This document shows, in pieces, positions 13,565 through 26,000 of a stretch of DNA of 64,000 nucleotides. The position numbers and the translations under genes are program-made. The stretch comes from Anolis carolinensis (Eukaryota): NCBI RefSeq assembly GCF_035594765.1, contig NC_085843.1, forward strand, positions 263,105,971 to 263,169,970, read 5' to 3'. The notes under the pieces were generated by a model. The model was given only the letters and a program-made list of their open reading frames with translations. It was not told the origin of the DNA and searched no databases. Numbering within the stretch: the stretch's first letter is position 1; every line of letters begins with the position of its first letter.

Positions 13565-13847
13565 TGTATTGGAGGGGGCGGGATGCATTTAAAGGTATAT
13601 TTCTAGCAACTGACCTCAGAGTCCAGCAAGCACACTTTGAAACCTAAACCCATTTAAAGATTTACAAAGCTCTTAAACCAAAAGCCTTTTCTCAGCTCTT
13701 AGCCACAGTGTTGTATTCCTTATAATTGACTCAACAAGAGAAGCTAAAAGAATTACAGGGTTTAATGCATAAGAAGGCCTACCTACTTTTCCAAAGGGAT
13801 AAAGTGGTGCTGTGGTAGTTTTTCATATTTGAAAGCTTACCTTTCTC

Positions 13848-13965
13848 TGTATTGTCAAAGGCTTTCATGGCCATAATCAATGGGTTCGCTTTGAGTTGTA
13901 TAGCCATGTTCCAGCAGCATTCTCTCCTAACATTTTGCCTGCATCTGTGGCTGGCTTCTTCAGAA
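13848..13965 (-). mobile_element. Penelope-like terminal repeat fragment with decayed hammerhead
   Basis: Minus strand reads ctgaaga-agccagc-cacagat-gcaggc-aaaa-tgtt-aggagagaatgctgctggaacatggc; similar to 62428-62527. Confidence 0.7.
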
Positions 13966-14859
13966 ATTACCTCTCTCTTCTTACTCTCACTATGACAGTT
14001 TTGTCTTTTATGTCCTCACTCTGACCTTAAAGATACAAAGATACAAAGATAACATCTAACAATAGGAAGAGCATCCAATAGTCAAACAATACATTAAGAT
14101 ATGGAATATGAGCACATACTTCTCAAAGAACCCATTTAAACATGAATCAAAGGCTAAAGCTTATCCTGGCCTGTAACATATCAAGCTGCGGAAATGAAGT
14201 TTTGTGTCATTTGTTTTTAAGTTAGAATATTTAAAGGGCCAGTCCTTTGTATCAGAGGATTGGAGTAGGGTTTGGGAGATCCAGATTTAAGAGCCATTAA
14301 ATCGACTGCCACACCAGGGTCAAGTCAATCCATTAGCCTACTCTTTTTAAAAAAAACTTTATTCAAACATAGAGCAACAAAAAATACAGACTTGTAAAAC
14401 AAAATAAGTCTGTCAGTCTACTCTGTTTTGGAGTTATGATAATCAAAATGGAGGAGAACCATGCACACTTTTGTTCCATACAGAAAATTCAAAGTATAGA
14501 TGTAACAAAAAGAAATAATAACATTTCCCCAAAGCCCTAGGCAGGCATAACCAGTCAATGTCTAAAGAACTGGATCCAAATGTGTTTGGTTTCCTGTGTT
14601 TTTATATATAGGGAATGATGGTGGTTGTGATGTTTGGCCTTTGGAGCATTTCTGATTAAGGGTGATCCTAAAGTGAGCCTGTCATGGGATTGATTGTCTT
14701 GGCAAGATTTATTCAAAGTGAGTTTGCATAGCTTTCCTCTAAGGCTGAGAAAATGTGACATGTCAAAGGTCACTCATTAGATTTCCATAGCAGAGCAGAG
14801 ATCCAAACCGTGGCCTCCAGTCTTGGTCCAATACTCAATCCCTCACTTTTCTGGAAATA

Positions 14860-15015
14860 CAGTAGAGTCTCGCTTATCCAACATAAGTGGGCCAGCAGAA
14901 CATTGGATAAGTGATGAAAATATTGGATAATAAGGAGGAATTAAGGAAAAGCCTATTAAACGTCAAATTACATTATGATTTTACAAATTAAACACCAAAA
15001 CATCATGTTTACAAC
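14860..15015 (+). mobile_element. Tc1/mariner-type MITE, left portion
   Basis: TA|CAGTAGAGTCTCGCTTATCCAAC terminus; a reverse-complement copy lies at 54284-54381. Confidence 0.65.
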
Positions 15016-16706
15016 AAATAGACTCAGTTGCTTCAAAGGCAATACGGGAAGCCTCCTGTGTTGCCACTACAGTGTCATATGCCGCTTGCTCTCCCCTTTC
15101 GTCATGAAGCCCGGCTAGAAGTCCCTGTGCATTGAGTAATAGGCTCTGTGTCAAAAGTGGAAAGTAAGCGGTGTACAACAGGCAAATCAGCCTGTCTGAT
15201 GAGGTCAAAAGATATTACTAGGTGGGCAAGAGTTAAGTGGAAAGGAACCCTTCAAGTCCAGTAGTAGCCAACCATCAGCCAAAATGTGCCGATTTCAGAG
15301 GCTCTAGGATGCATTTAAGTGGGTCACCACAATGGGGCACCAAAGGCTTCCACTTCAAGTCAAAGTGGCTCCTGACAGAAACACTGAGTCTGTGCCTTCA
15401 AGTAAACTATCAACTTATGATGACGCCATGAATTCCATTGGATTTTCTTGGGCAAGGAATACTCAGAGGTGATATCACCAGTGCCCTCCTCTGAAAATAT
15501 AGTTACAGCGCATGGTATACAATGATGGTTTAAACTCCGGTGAATCTTGGTAGAAAAGCCATGTTTAAAGCTTCCCACCCCCTGTTTATTAAGTGAGGGT
15601 TAGAAAGAACAGGACATTTCAATGATGGCTTCTTTTGTTGGATCTGCTTCATGGGGAAGCTGGCCAACTTTTACTGTCAGGATGACAAAGTTGGTAAAAG
15701 TATGTATTGTTTTGATATATAATTGTGATGTTCCCTGACTCTGCTGTGACTGCCATTATGTAGTGATGTGTTTTGTTCCGTACTACACTATTATAATATT
15801 TTGATGCCACTTCGGCTGCCTCCGATCTGTCCAATAGAATCCTGGGATTTGGAGTTTTAAGTTAGGATTCTTGTCCAGAGAGTGGAAGTGCTTCACCAAA
15901 TGACTAATCCTAGGGTTTTGTAGGATAAAATTGTGGCAGCTAAGGTGAGACCAAACGTTATAATTGCAAAGTGACAAAGGTATATATCTACATATTTATT
16001 GTGTTTTAATCTTGAAAATCCATTTCTGAAATTAAAGTAATAGTAATTGAAACATAGAGTTGAAAAAGACCTCAAGGGACATCCAGTCTAACCTCATGCC
16101 ATGCAGGTATACACAATCAAATTAATGTTACTCTTCTTCTCAACAGTCAGAGATACAATATTTGGCAAATACCATAGTTGTCTATGTTCTTATTGCTGAT
16201 ACATTGCACTGGCTACAAACTAGAATTTTGTTTCATTAGCAGAAGTAAGGCAGCTCTTGTCTCAAGGATTCACAATCTTCCCAGGGCAATTCAACAACAG
16301 ATGGTAGCATGATATTGCTGACAGATGAATAATGGAAGCTGAGTGGGAAAGGTTACATGGAGGTGGGTGGGAAAAGGGCTGCTCAGAAAAAAAAATGCTG
16401 AAAAACTATGTCTGGGGGTGGAATGTGGAGAAATTGCTTGATATTTTGAACGGGAGAAGCTGTTCACAGCACAGAGAGCATTAAAGAGTGATAGAGTTCT
16501 TCTGCATGGCTGTTTTAAAAATTACTTACTTGCTTTTATTTATCTAAAGTGCTATAGCGTGTACAACAAAGTGGTAAATACTGAAAAAGACTACTAGATT
16601 GATTTCTTCTTTTTAAATAGATAATTGCTATTCCACTTACAGTTTATGTGTAATTTCTCTAAGCATCCCGGGGCCCTCCAGATGTTGCTGGACTCTACTC
16701 TCATTA

Positions 16707-17503
16707 TCATAGAATCATAGAATCATAGAATAGTAGAGTTGGAAGAGACCACATGGGCCATCTAGTCCAACCCCCTGCCAAGAAGCAGGAAATCGCATTC
16801 AAAGCACCCCCGACAGATGGCCATCCAGCCTCTGCTTAAAAGCCTCCAAGGAAGGAGCCTCCACCACAGCCCCGGGGAGAGAGTTCCACTGTCGAACAGC
16901 TCTCACAGTGAGGAAGTTCTTCCTGATGTTCAGGTGGAATCTCCTTTCCTGTATTTTGAAGCCATTGTTCCGTGTCCTAGTCTGCAGGGCAGCAGAAAAC
17001 AAGCTTGCTCCCTCTTCCCTATGACTTCCCTTCACATATTTGTACATGGCTATCATGTCTCCTCTCAGCCTTCTCTTCTGCAGGCTAAACATGCCCAGCT
17101 CTTTAAGCCGCTCCTCATAGGGCTTGTTCTCCAGACCCTTAATCATTTTAGTCGCCCTCCTCTGGACGCTTTCCAGCTTGTCAACATCTCCCTTCAACTG
17201 TGGTGCCCAAAATTGGACACAGTATTCCAGGTGTGGTCTGACCAAGGCAGAATAGAGGGGGAGCATAACTTCCCTGGATCTAGACGCTATTCCCCTATTG
17301 ATGCAGGCCAGAATCCCATTGGCTTTTTTAGCAGCCGCATCACATTGTTGGCTCATGTTTAACTTGTTGTCCACGAGGACTCCAAGGTCTTTTTCGCACA
17401 CACTGCTGTCAAGCCAGGCGTCCCCCATTCTGTATCTTTGATTTCCATTTTTTCTGCCGAAGTGAAGTATCTTGCATTTTGCCGAAGTGAAGTATCTTGC
17501 ATT
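16707..17503 (-). mobile_element. Young 5'-truncated CR1 LINE with open ORF2 C-terminus
   Basis: (attctatg)n tail; uninterrupted 209-aa ORF 16799..17428 ([38 protein letters not shown]); cattatc at both junctions. Confidence 0.95.
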
Positions 17504-17654
17504 ATCCCTGACTGTTTGCCATGGTGACTGAGACTAATGGGACCAAGAATCCAAAACATCTGGAATGTCATAGGTTCCTCACTACTGATAAAGCCAAGCT
17601 GGTAAAGAGATTTAATTTTAAATCCTATAGACAGTATTTGCACCCAAGTAAACA

Positions 17655-17947
17655 TGAACTTGCAGACCAAAAGGTCCCAGGTTCAAATCCCGGGAGCAGC
17701 TTGAGCACCCGCTGTTAGCTCCAGCTCCTGCCATCCTAGCAGTTCGAAAACATGCAAATGTGAATAGATCAATAGGTACCGCTCCAGCGGGAAGGTAACA
17801 GCGCTCCATGCAGTCATGCCGGCCACATGATCTTGGAGGTGTCTACGAACAATGCCAGCTCTTCGGCTTAGAAATGGAGATGAGCACCAACCCCCAGAGT
17901 CAAACATGACTGGACTTAACGTCAGGGGAAACCTTTACCTTTACCTT
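17655..17947 (+). mobile_element. Sauria SINE
   Basis: B-box-like ggttcaaatccc, diagnostic body, acctttacctttacc tail. Confidence 0.9.
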
Positions 17948-18005
17948 AAACATGCTTAGGATTGGACTCATTAAATCAGTGTTTTCTGTAGATATATAGA
18001 AGATT

Positions 18006-18328
18006 CCCCTGGTTGGCACAGCAGGTTAAGCTGCTGAACTTGCTGACCAAAAGGTTGGTGGTTTGAATCCGGGAAAGCAAGGGTGATCTCCTGCTGTTAG
18101 CCCCAGCTTCTGCAAACCTAGCTGTTTGAAAACATGCAAATGTGAGTAGATCAATAGGTACCGGTCTGGCGGGAAGGTACCGGTGCTCCATCAGTCATGC
18201 CGGCCACATGAACTTGGAGGTGTCTACGGACAATGGTGGCTCTTCGGCTTAGAAATGGAGAATGAGCACCAACCCCCAAAGTCAGACACGACTAGACTTA
18301 ATGTCAGGGGAAACCTTTCCCTTTACCT
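18006..18328 (+). mobile_element. Sauria SINE
   Basis: Second copy in tandem, ending ~130 bp upstream of a SCHIP1 exon. Confidence 0.9.
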
Positions 18329-18460
18329 ATAGAAGATTGAAATAATCCTATCTGGAGGAAGCTCTTTTTCAAGAAACTGTTAATTCTGCATTGGTTTCAT
18401 CGCATACTGTACCTTTGCAGAAAGTAATGATCTACTTTCTCTTGTCTTTCCAACCCTAAG

Positions 18461-18578
18461 GTTACAAAGTGGGATGAACCTGCAGATATGTTTTGTAAAT
18501 GACAGTGGCAGTGACAAAGACAGCGATGCAGATGACAGCAAGACTGAAACCAGTCTGGATACACCTTTATCCCCCATG
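18461..18578 (+). CDS. SCHIP1: SCHIP1 coding exon ([39 protein letters not shown])
   Basis: ccctaag acceptor, gtgagt donor; 118 nt; completes the CG|G Arg codon from the previous exon. Confidence 0.96.
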
Positions 18579-18888
18579 GTGAGTCTTATTTGCAATCTTA
18601 GATAAGCCCAGGAACATGCCAGATTTTACATTGTAGGCTATTCAAATAGAATGCCATTGCTACAAGTTTACTTCAAGACAGTAGTTGTAAAGCATAGCCT
18701 TTAGTTTTCATTACAGGAAAACCATGGATAAAAGAGGTGAGTGCTCAGGCTTTTCAGACAGACTATGTGGCCTATCTTAAAATCATTTAAAAATAACATA
18801 AGGAAAGTATTTGCTCACAGCTTTGGCCAGTTAATCTGGCAGGTGGATATAGTTTTCAGAGTAATTATACTAAGAAACGTGTCACACA

Positions 18889-19030
18889 GGTCCTTTCTAC
18901 ACTGCCATATAAAATCCAGGTTATCTGCTTTGAACTGGATTATATGGTAGTGTAGACTCATATAATCCAGTTCAAAGCAGATAATGTGAATTATTGATAA
19001 ACTGGATTATATGGCAGTGTTGAAGGGGCC
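18889..19030. mobile_element. Palindromic MITE (Harbinger-like, uncertain)
   Basis: ctacactgccatata / tatatggcagtgt..gaaggggcc termini; related pieces at ~54395-54615 and ~61700-61772. Confidence 0.6.
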
Positions 19031-19359
19031 ACATAATCTATCTAGGCTTATACCAAATGTTAAGTCTTGGAGCACCTAATATCTCAGACAAAGGCAACCC
19101 TGATATCCAAGATACTTGTGCTGAACATTAAGACAAGGGAAAATAATCAAATTATTCATGGCAGTGAATTAGTAGCAGACTCAGTTCATCTGAACAAATG
19201 AATTGGTTCGTTTCTAGCACACAGGAGCAAATTCAAAGCTCATTCAAGTTATGAAAGTGCTAATGTTATTTTAACTGGCTGATCCATTGCTGAATCAGAC
19301 ATACTTGTTTGCATATGTCCAGCTGTAGAGCTGACATCTCTGTGTTGTCTACTTTCCAG

Positions 19360-19557
19360 AGCAAGCAGAGCTCTTCCTATTCTGACAGAGACACCACCGA
19401 AGAGGAATCAGAGTCTCTGGATGACATGGATTTTCTCACAAGGCAAAAGAAACTTCAGGCTGAAGCCAAAATGGCATTGGCAATGGCAAAACCAATGGCC
19501 AAAATGCAAGTAGAGGTGGAAAAACAAAACAGGAAAAAATCTCCAGTAGCTGATCTT
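19360..19557 (+). CDS. SCHIP1: SCHIP1 coding exon ([66 protein letters not shown])
   Basis: tttccag acceptor, gtatgt donor; 198 nt; lies within ORF 19309..19644. Confidence 0.97.
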
Positions 19558-20340
19558 GTATGTATTTATATATGTATATATTTTAAAACCTCAATGTCTT
19601 CTAATTGTTTTGCTTCTCCAGGATCACTTAAATATATTAATTAATATTATATTGTAATACGATATAATACTAATAATACAATATAATAATATTAATTATA
19701 TATCATATTTTACATGTAATATTACTAATAATATTACAATATGATGATACAGTACAATATAGTAATTTGTTACCAGTATTGTACTATACTAATATAATAT
19801 TGTATGTAAATTTAATTTGTAAGCTGCTCTGAGTCCCCTTCGGGGTGAGAAGGGCGGCATATAAATGTAGCAAATAAATAAATGAATAAATAAATAAATA
19901 ACTATAAATCATTTGGAGTATTTAGAAAATCTTGCAGCTCCACTTTTTTTTTTTTAGAAACAATCATGGAGTGAATCGTGCAAGGAAAAAACACTTCATG
20001 CCATTATATAGTTACATTTATGTTCTACAGAATCAGAAACTGTACTTGACTTAGGAAATGCATCTTCCAGTGGAAACAGCAGCGATTATTTCAGTCCATT
20101 TTCAGGCTTACATCCGTCTGGTAGCCTCAGATATGTTAGATGACAACCCTCTTGTCCAGCCGTCTCGTATAGCAGTTCAAGTGATGAACTGGAGTTTGGG
20201 AAACCCAGGTTCAGCATTGTAGCCTTGGGCCAGTTGATCTCATAGGATGCATCTAAACTGTGAATTAATGCAGTTTGACTCCACTTTAACTGCCATTGCT
20301 CTGTGCTATGAAATCCTGGGCACTGTAGTTTTACAAGAAC

Positions 20341-20678
20341 CGGGCTGTGGCGCAGCTGGCTAGTAACCAGCTGCAATAAATCACTACTGACCGAGAGGTC
20401 ATGAGTTCGAAGCCCGGGTCGGGCTAAGCCCCCAACCATTAAATAGCCCGGCTTGCTGTTGACCTATGCAGCCCCGAAAGACAGTTGCATCTGTCAAGTA
20501 GGGAAATTTAGGTACGCTTTATGCGGGAGGCTAATTTAACTAATTTACGACATCATAAAACTGCCAGCAAAACACGAGGAAAGGAATGAGGAAGTACAGC
20601 CACTAGTGGACAGTGAAGCAACAGCTCCCCCTGTGGCCGGAATCGTGAAGCTGGAAAAAAAAAGTTAAATGCCTCTGA
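20341..20678 (+). mobile_element. tRNA-derived SINE (Sauria-related variant)
   Basis: A-box TGGCGCAGCTGG, B-box GAGTTCGAAGCCC; CpG-rich; body loosely parallels the Sauria SINE. Confidence 0.7.
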
Positions 20679-20686
20679 GTTTAGAC

Positions 20687-20820
20687 CAGTGGTTCCCAAT
20701 CTTTGGGCCTCCAAGTGTTTTGGACTTCAGCTCCCACAGTTCCTTACAGCTGGTAAACTTCTGAGATTTATGGGAGTTGAAGTCCAAAACACCTGGAGGA
20801 CCAAAGATTGGGAACCACTG
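20687..20820. mobile_element. hAT MITE
   Basis: CAGTGGTTCCCAA ... TTGGGAACCACTG termini. Confidence 0.85.
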
Positions 20821-21722
20821 TTTTAAACAAAAGAAGGGTTACAAGATAGAAAGCGGGGTGTTTGAGAGTAGCATTTTAAAACAAGAGGAAGAAGTTTCTG
20901 TGCCACATGGGTTCTTTTGAAAAAGAATCAGATCCTTTGCTTTTTAATCTGACAGGACCATTTTCCACTATGTACACAATCTGCTATTCATATGGTAACA
21001 TAAAACTACCATCTCCATTCTGAGGCAGTGCAATTCTGGTGGAACTACACCATGTAATTCACTTTGAATGCAAGCCCTCCAATTGTTCCAAATTGGCAGG
21101 GACAATGTGTATTAATTCTAGCTATCCCACTTGTCTGGTTGCTTTTAACATGTCCCGGTTTTGCTTGGACATATTTGCCCTACTTTTCATTTATGAAATG
21201 TTGGAGGGTATGTATTTGTGGATTCAGCTAGCACATGGTTCAGAATCCAGCGGGGTATTGTGTTTTGTGTATTTGATTAGGATATGGGACTCCAGGTTTC
21301 AAATCCTCTTTCAATCATGAAAGCATACTTTTGGTCTTGGTCAAATCACACTCCCTCAGCTTTATGGGAAAGCAGTGGCAACTCTCCTCTGAATACACCT
21401 CTACGATAGCATCACTATAAGTCAGAGTTGGCTTGAAGGCACACAATAACAATAGCAATACAGATTCAGTTAGTATAACATTTGGGTAGAGTTGGGAAGC
21501 TTTTCTTTATCCTTACAATATTACTAATAACTGTAATACATATATATGAAACATCTTAGTATAGTGCATCATAGTGAGACATTATATATGTAAAAAAACC
21601 CATGCAGTGTTGTTTTTATTACAGTATAATAGGTAAGAAAAACATACTTAGGGTATTTGCTTTTGAAAAAATGTGTAATGCTACCAGCCTAAGGAATTTT
21701 TTTCTCTCTCTGTGACTTTTAG

Positions 21723-21846
21723 CTGCCACATATGCCTCATATAAGTGAATGCTTGATGAAAAGAAGTTTAAAACCTACAGACCTGAGAGATATGACAATT
21801 GGGCAGCTACAAGTGATAGTCAATGATCTACATTCACAAATAGAAA
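21723..21846 (+). CDS. SCHIP1: SCHIP1 coding exon ([42 protein letters not shown])
   Basis: ttttag acceptor, gtaagt donor; 124 nt, phase 1. Confidence 0.96.
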
Positions 21847-22434
21847 GTAAGTGGAGATTTTCTTCTATGTTGTATTAGATTTTGCCTATTGTTATTTACA
21901 ACATTTCAGCCGATGTGGAAAAGGTTTATATAATACATATAACTTATATAACTATGAGAAGTATCTCTGACAGATGTCCATCCAGCCTCTGTTTAGAAAC
22001 CTCCAAGGAAGGAGCAATTGCAGATGCCAAAGTCTGCAATTGGTTAATGGGGAAAAATTGAAAACGTGTCCTGGCTTTAAAGAAATGGAGAAAAACTAGG
22101 CTTTCCCAGATATTTTCTGGCCTTTCACATCTCTACATTAGTGGGTACACTGCTGCTATTGAAATTTGGTGACTGTTTTTGAAATCCCTCAAGCACTGAA
22201 ACTGACTGCAGCTTCAATGGGGAATAAGGATAATAGATCAGGAGTAACTGGGAAAGAAAAAAGTCTGTATATGCTCATCTCGGCTATTTATTTGCCAGCC
22301 CTGGATTAAAATGTTTCTTTCACCACAGCTAATATAGTCATGAAGGAGTTGTTATTTCACCAATTGTGAAAAGGGAAGTAAATCCTTGAGCCCAGTGGTT
22401 CCCAAACTTTGGTCCTCATGAGGATGCAGGTTAG

Positions 22435-22569
22435 CAGTGGTTCTCAACATTTGGTCCTCTGGGTGCTTTGGACTTCAGCTCCCACAATTCCTAACAGCTG
22501 GTAAGATGTCTGGGATTTCTGAGAGTTGAAGTCCAGAACATCTGGAGGACCAAGGTTTGGGAACCACCG
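22435..22569. mobile_element. hAT MITE within a larger inverted duplication (22337-22625)
   Basis: cagtggttctcaac ... tttgggaaccaccg; no matching TSD. Confidence 0.8.
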
Positions 22570-22927
22570 AGCTCAAGGATTTACTTCCCTTATCACAATT
22601 CGTGAAATAGCAACTCCTCCATAACTTGCTTAAAAGCCTAAAATTGTATGAGTCCATTCCACATTTAAATAACCACCCTTTGGTTATCCTATGGCAGATA
22701 CATCACATTTTGCTAATGTTTGTCTTTGACAATACATGTCATTCTTCTCTATCCATTACTTCATACCCTTCCTTATGTATATGCAAAGTGAAAAACTGAG
22801 AGGCCTTCTGTTTCTTTGAATGAGCTCTTGAATTTCTGTACCATTACTACTAATAGATTCCAGAATACGAGTTACAGTAGAATGGAGTGAAATTAAACCC
22901 TTTATTTCTTTTCTTTTCTGCTGTCAG

Positions 22928-23021
22928 GCTTGAATGAAGAATTGGTGCAACTGCTGCTTATTCGAGATGAATTGCACACAGAACAGGATGCTATGTTGGT
23001 AGACATTGAAGATTTGACCAG
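22928..23021 (+). CDS. SCHIP1: SCHIP1 coding exon, C-terminal coiled coil ([31 protein letters not shown])
   Basis: ctgtcag acceptor, gttagc donor; 94 nt; phases 1/2 are consistent with both neighbours. Confidence 0.96.
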
Positions 23022-26000
23022 GTTAGCAATATGTTATAATCTATTTTAAGGCTGATGGTGGCATGACATTGAATCAGGAAAAAAGCTCTTTGAATTTTGG
23101 ATGCTGAAGTGTCCTCTACTGAAATTTAGGTCAAATGTTTTCCAGTTAGTTCCATCTTAAATTATATCCAGCAATCCACATTATGATGAGGCTATCATTG
23201 ATCTCAGCCAAGAAGCAACAAAATAAAATACAGTCATTCGGTTTTCCAGAACTTTTTATGAGATTGAATATTGAACAGAATTTGAGCTGGCTTCCATATA
23301 ATGTCATTACCCCATATGTTAAGGTAAAATGAGGAAGAGTTATCCATTAATTAGATTAATCACAAGATAAATCAAGTGTATTAGAACTGCTGGGACAAAG
23401 AAACAATAGTGTCTCATCACCCATTCTGGGAAAGTAATTTCAAAGTCAGTTACTTGAATCTGGCTCCAGCTTTAATACAAGCTTATATTATTAAATGTGT
23501 ACCCATTTGAGTTTGACTACTGTGGCTGTTTTTGCATTAATGGCTCTGCTTTTTTGCTGGGTTTTTTTTTTAAGCACATGAGCACCTCTTGCTCCAGCTG
23601 TTGGTGGTTGGTTGGTTTTCCTTTAAAACTGCAGATTTGGACAATAGAACATTTTGATGTGATTCACCCTCTCCTATCACATGCTTAATGAAGCTTCTTG
23701 ATTTACTGAACCAATTGAAAACCAGCATCTAAGGACTGATATTTCATCTAGATGCTTGCAATAAGATGGTTTGGAGCTCTTTTCTCTAGGGAAAGTTATT
23801 ATCTCTAAGAAACAAAGCTGGCTGAATTTTGTCTGGAAAGAAAAAGGAAATTGGTTCTAAGAATGGATATGAAAACTTGCTTCATGTTACAATTTCCCTT
23901 TGCGAAGCCAACTCTCTTGATTACTGGTTCAGCTATTCTGTGATTTCAGCTCCAATCAGTTCCTGCTTCAGTCATGTATCTGCCATTTTCTTTTCTCCTA
24001 ACTTTTGCTTCTTTCCCCAAATTGTCTTTTTTGGAGATCTTATAATCCCTTTTCTCCTTCCTGACTTTTACTGGATACATAGCATGTCCTATTATTTAGT
24101 ACAACAATCTACCAGACAATATTGGGGCTGGCATGCAATTTGGCAAATCTTCTGGAGCCAAAATCAGTTACCTCAGTTTCAAGCATGATTTCAGGACTTG
24201 GGAAGATTCAGAAAGAATAACCTTCTGGTATATTTTGACCAATTGCAACTGTCAGAGTGAAAGATGAATAAGAGTGCCAACTCCTAAATACTATACATGT
24301 TTCTTGTCCAGAAGTGATTTCATATGTTTTTAGCATGCAGCCTGGTGGGAAAAAATGATGCTATGAGGAGCATTTTACTATTTACATCCTTTATAAGGAA
24401 AAGGGAGACAAGCCTTGGCTGGGAGGGTGGAGTTCTCTTTATTGCATTAGTTCCTAGCCCCTCATGAAATAATCTAATATGTATTACTTTTGTTTTCCTT
24501 CCTGCTGGTGGTTATCTCTTGTGAATGCTCCGCATCCTGTGCTAGCTTTCAATTGCCAGGGAGAAGAGATACGTTTTGCATCTACAGACAGAGATGAATC
24601 TTAACTCAAACAAAACAAACACATGTATTTTTTCTGTAATATTTCTTTTACAGTGCGGCCCCCTACCAATTCCATGGTAATTTAGCACCATTGCTGCAGA
24701 CAAGGTAAAATACAGTAAAACCTCAATTTACCCAGATCTTTTTTTTAATCCAGACCCTTGCACCTTTGTCTTCTCCTTATATCAGTCCTCTGTCACCCTC
24801 TGTTCCAGATTGCTGTCGCATTTTTCTGATTGGCTGTTCAGGGAGGGTTCTCCAATAATGCAGCAACAAGAAAGGCTAAATCACCTCTTGTCTACTATGT
24901 GATATCTGTCAGCATATCCACTGCACTGACATCTTTTTAATTCCAGAAGACGAATTCTAGAGCCCAGCTTTTCCTTTACCATACAGAATATTTCTAGGGC
25001 TATTTATGAAGACATCCCCGTGATTAATTCCTGGTCTTAACACACAGAATGAAGCCTTAAGTCATCCATTTGTATAAGGCCTTCAGTGGTCACCAAATAT
25101 CTGACTATATGCGTTTTTCCAATTCCCTTTTTCTTTTCCTACACACTTTTTGAACGTTTTAAAAAACGCACGGCAGCTTGGGAACTGCAAAGGGTTTTGT
25201 TTGAACCTTTCATCAAACAAAAGATATCATTGCCAAGAGATTTGAGAAGACAGTAACTTCATATTGCAAGAACATTTTGTTTAAATTTATCCATACACCT
25301 GCCACCTGTCTAATTCTGATCTAGAGATAGCTTGGAAACATTAATTTTTTCTAACTACCAATTGCAGAATCCCCCAGTCAATATGTCCAATATCTCTCTT
25401 CTGGGGAATGGTAGTGCAAAATAGTAAATTTCCCAAGCCCTTGATCTAGAGTATCATTTTACTGCCTCTTTCTCCTTGTGGATTCTGTGTTACCTGAAGC
25501 AAGCAGATGAGGACACGTTGCAAGGCACCATTTCTGATCTTAGCCTTGTGTTTGCTTAGGGTAAACATAATGAAATGGCTGAGACTACATGTGCTTCATG
25601 TATTTCAGAGTTCTCTGTGAAGACAGCACAGTGGACAATCATTGCATTCAATAACTGATAACAGAAGCATCTTTCATTGGTTCAGCTGCTAGTCACAATT
25701 CACATCTGGCAAATCTAGCCTGCCCAATTTAAAAATTGGATTGAATTACAGATGGATGGGGTGGGAGGGATATCAAACAACAGATCAGATAGAGATCACA
25801 CTGGGAATTATGTGGCCCTTCAGATATTATTGAAGTGGAACTCTTGACCCTATTTGAACGTCAAATAGTATAGAACGTCAAATAGTAAAGATTGCTGGGT
25901 GAAGCAGGTTAGAAACCTCTGGAGACCCACATAATTCCCATTCCTACTCTACATTACATCTCTTCTTGAAGTTAAAGAATAAAAGAAAAGAAACATATAT

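Noticed and set aside
15196-15220. CTGATGAG hammerhead-like box
   Set aside because: No GAAA box after a stem II and no closing stems.
16817-17362. 181-aa plus-strand ORF
   Set aside because: Antisense shadow of the CR1 ORF2.
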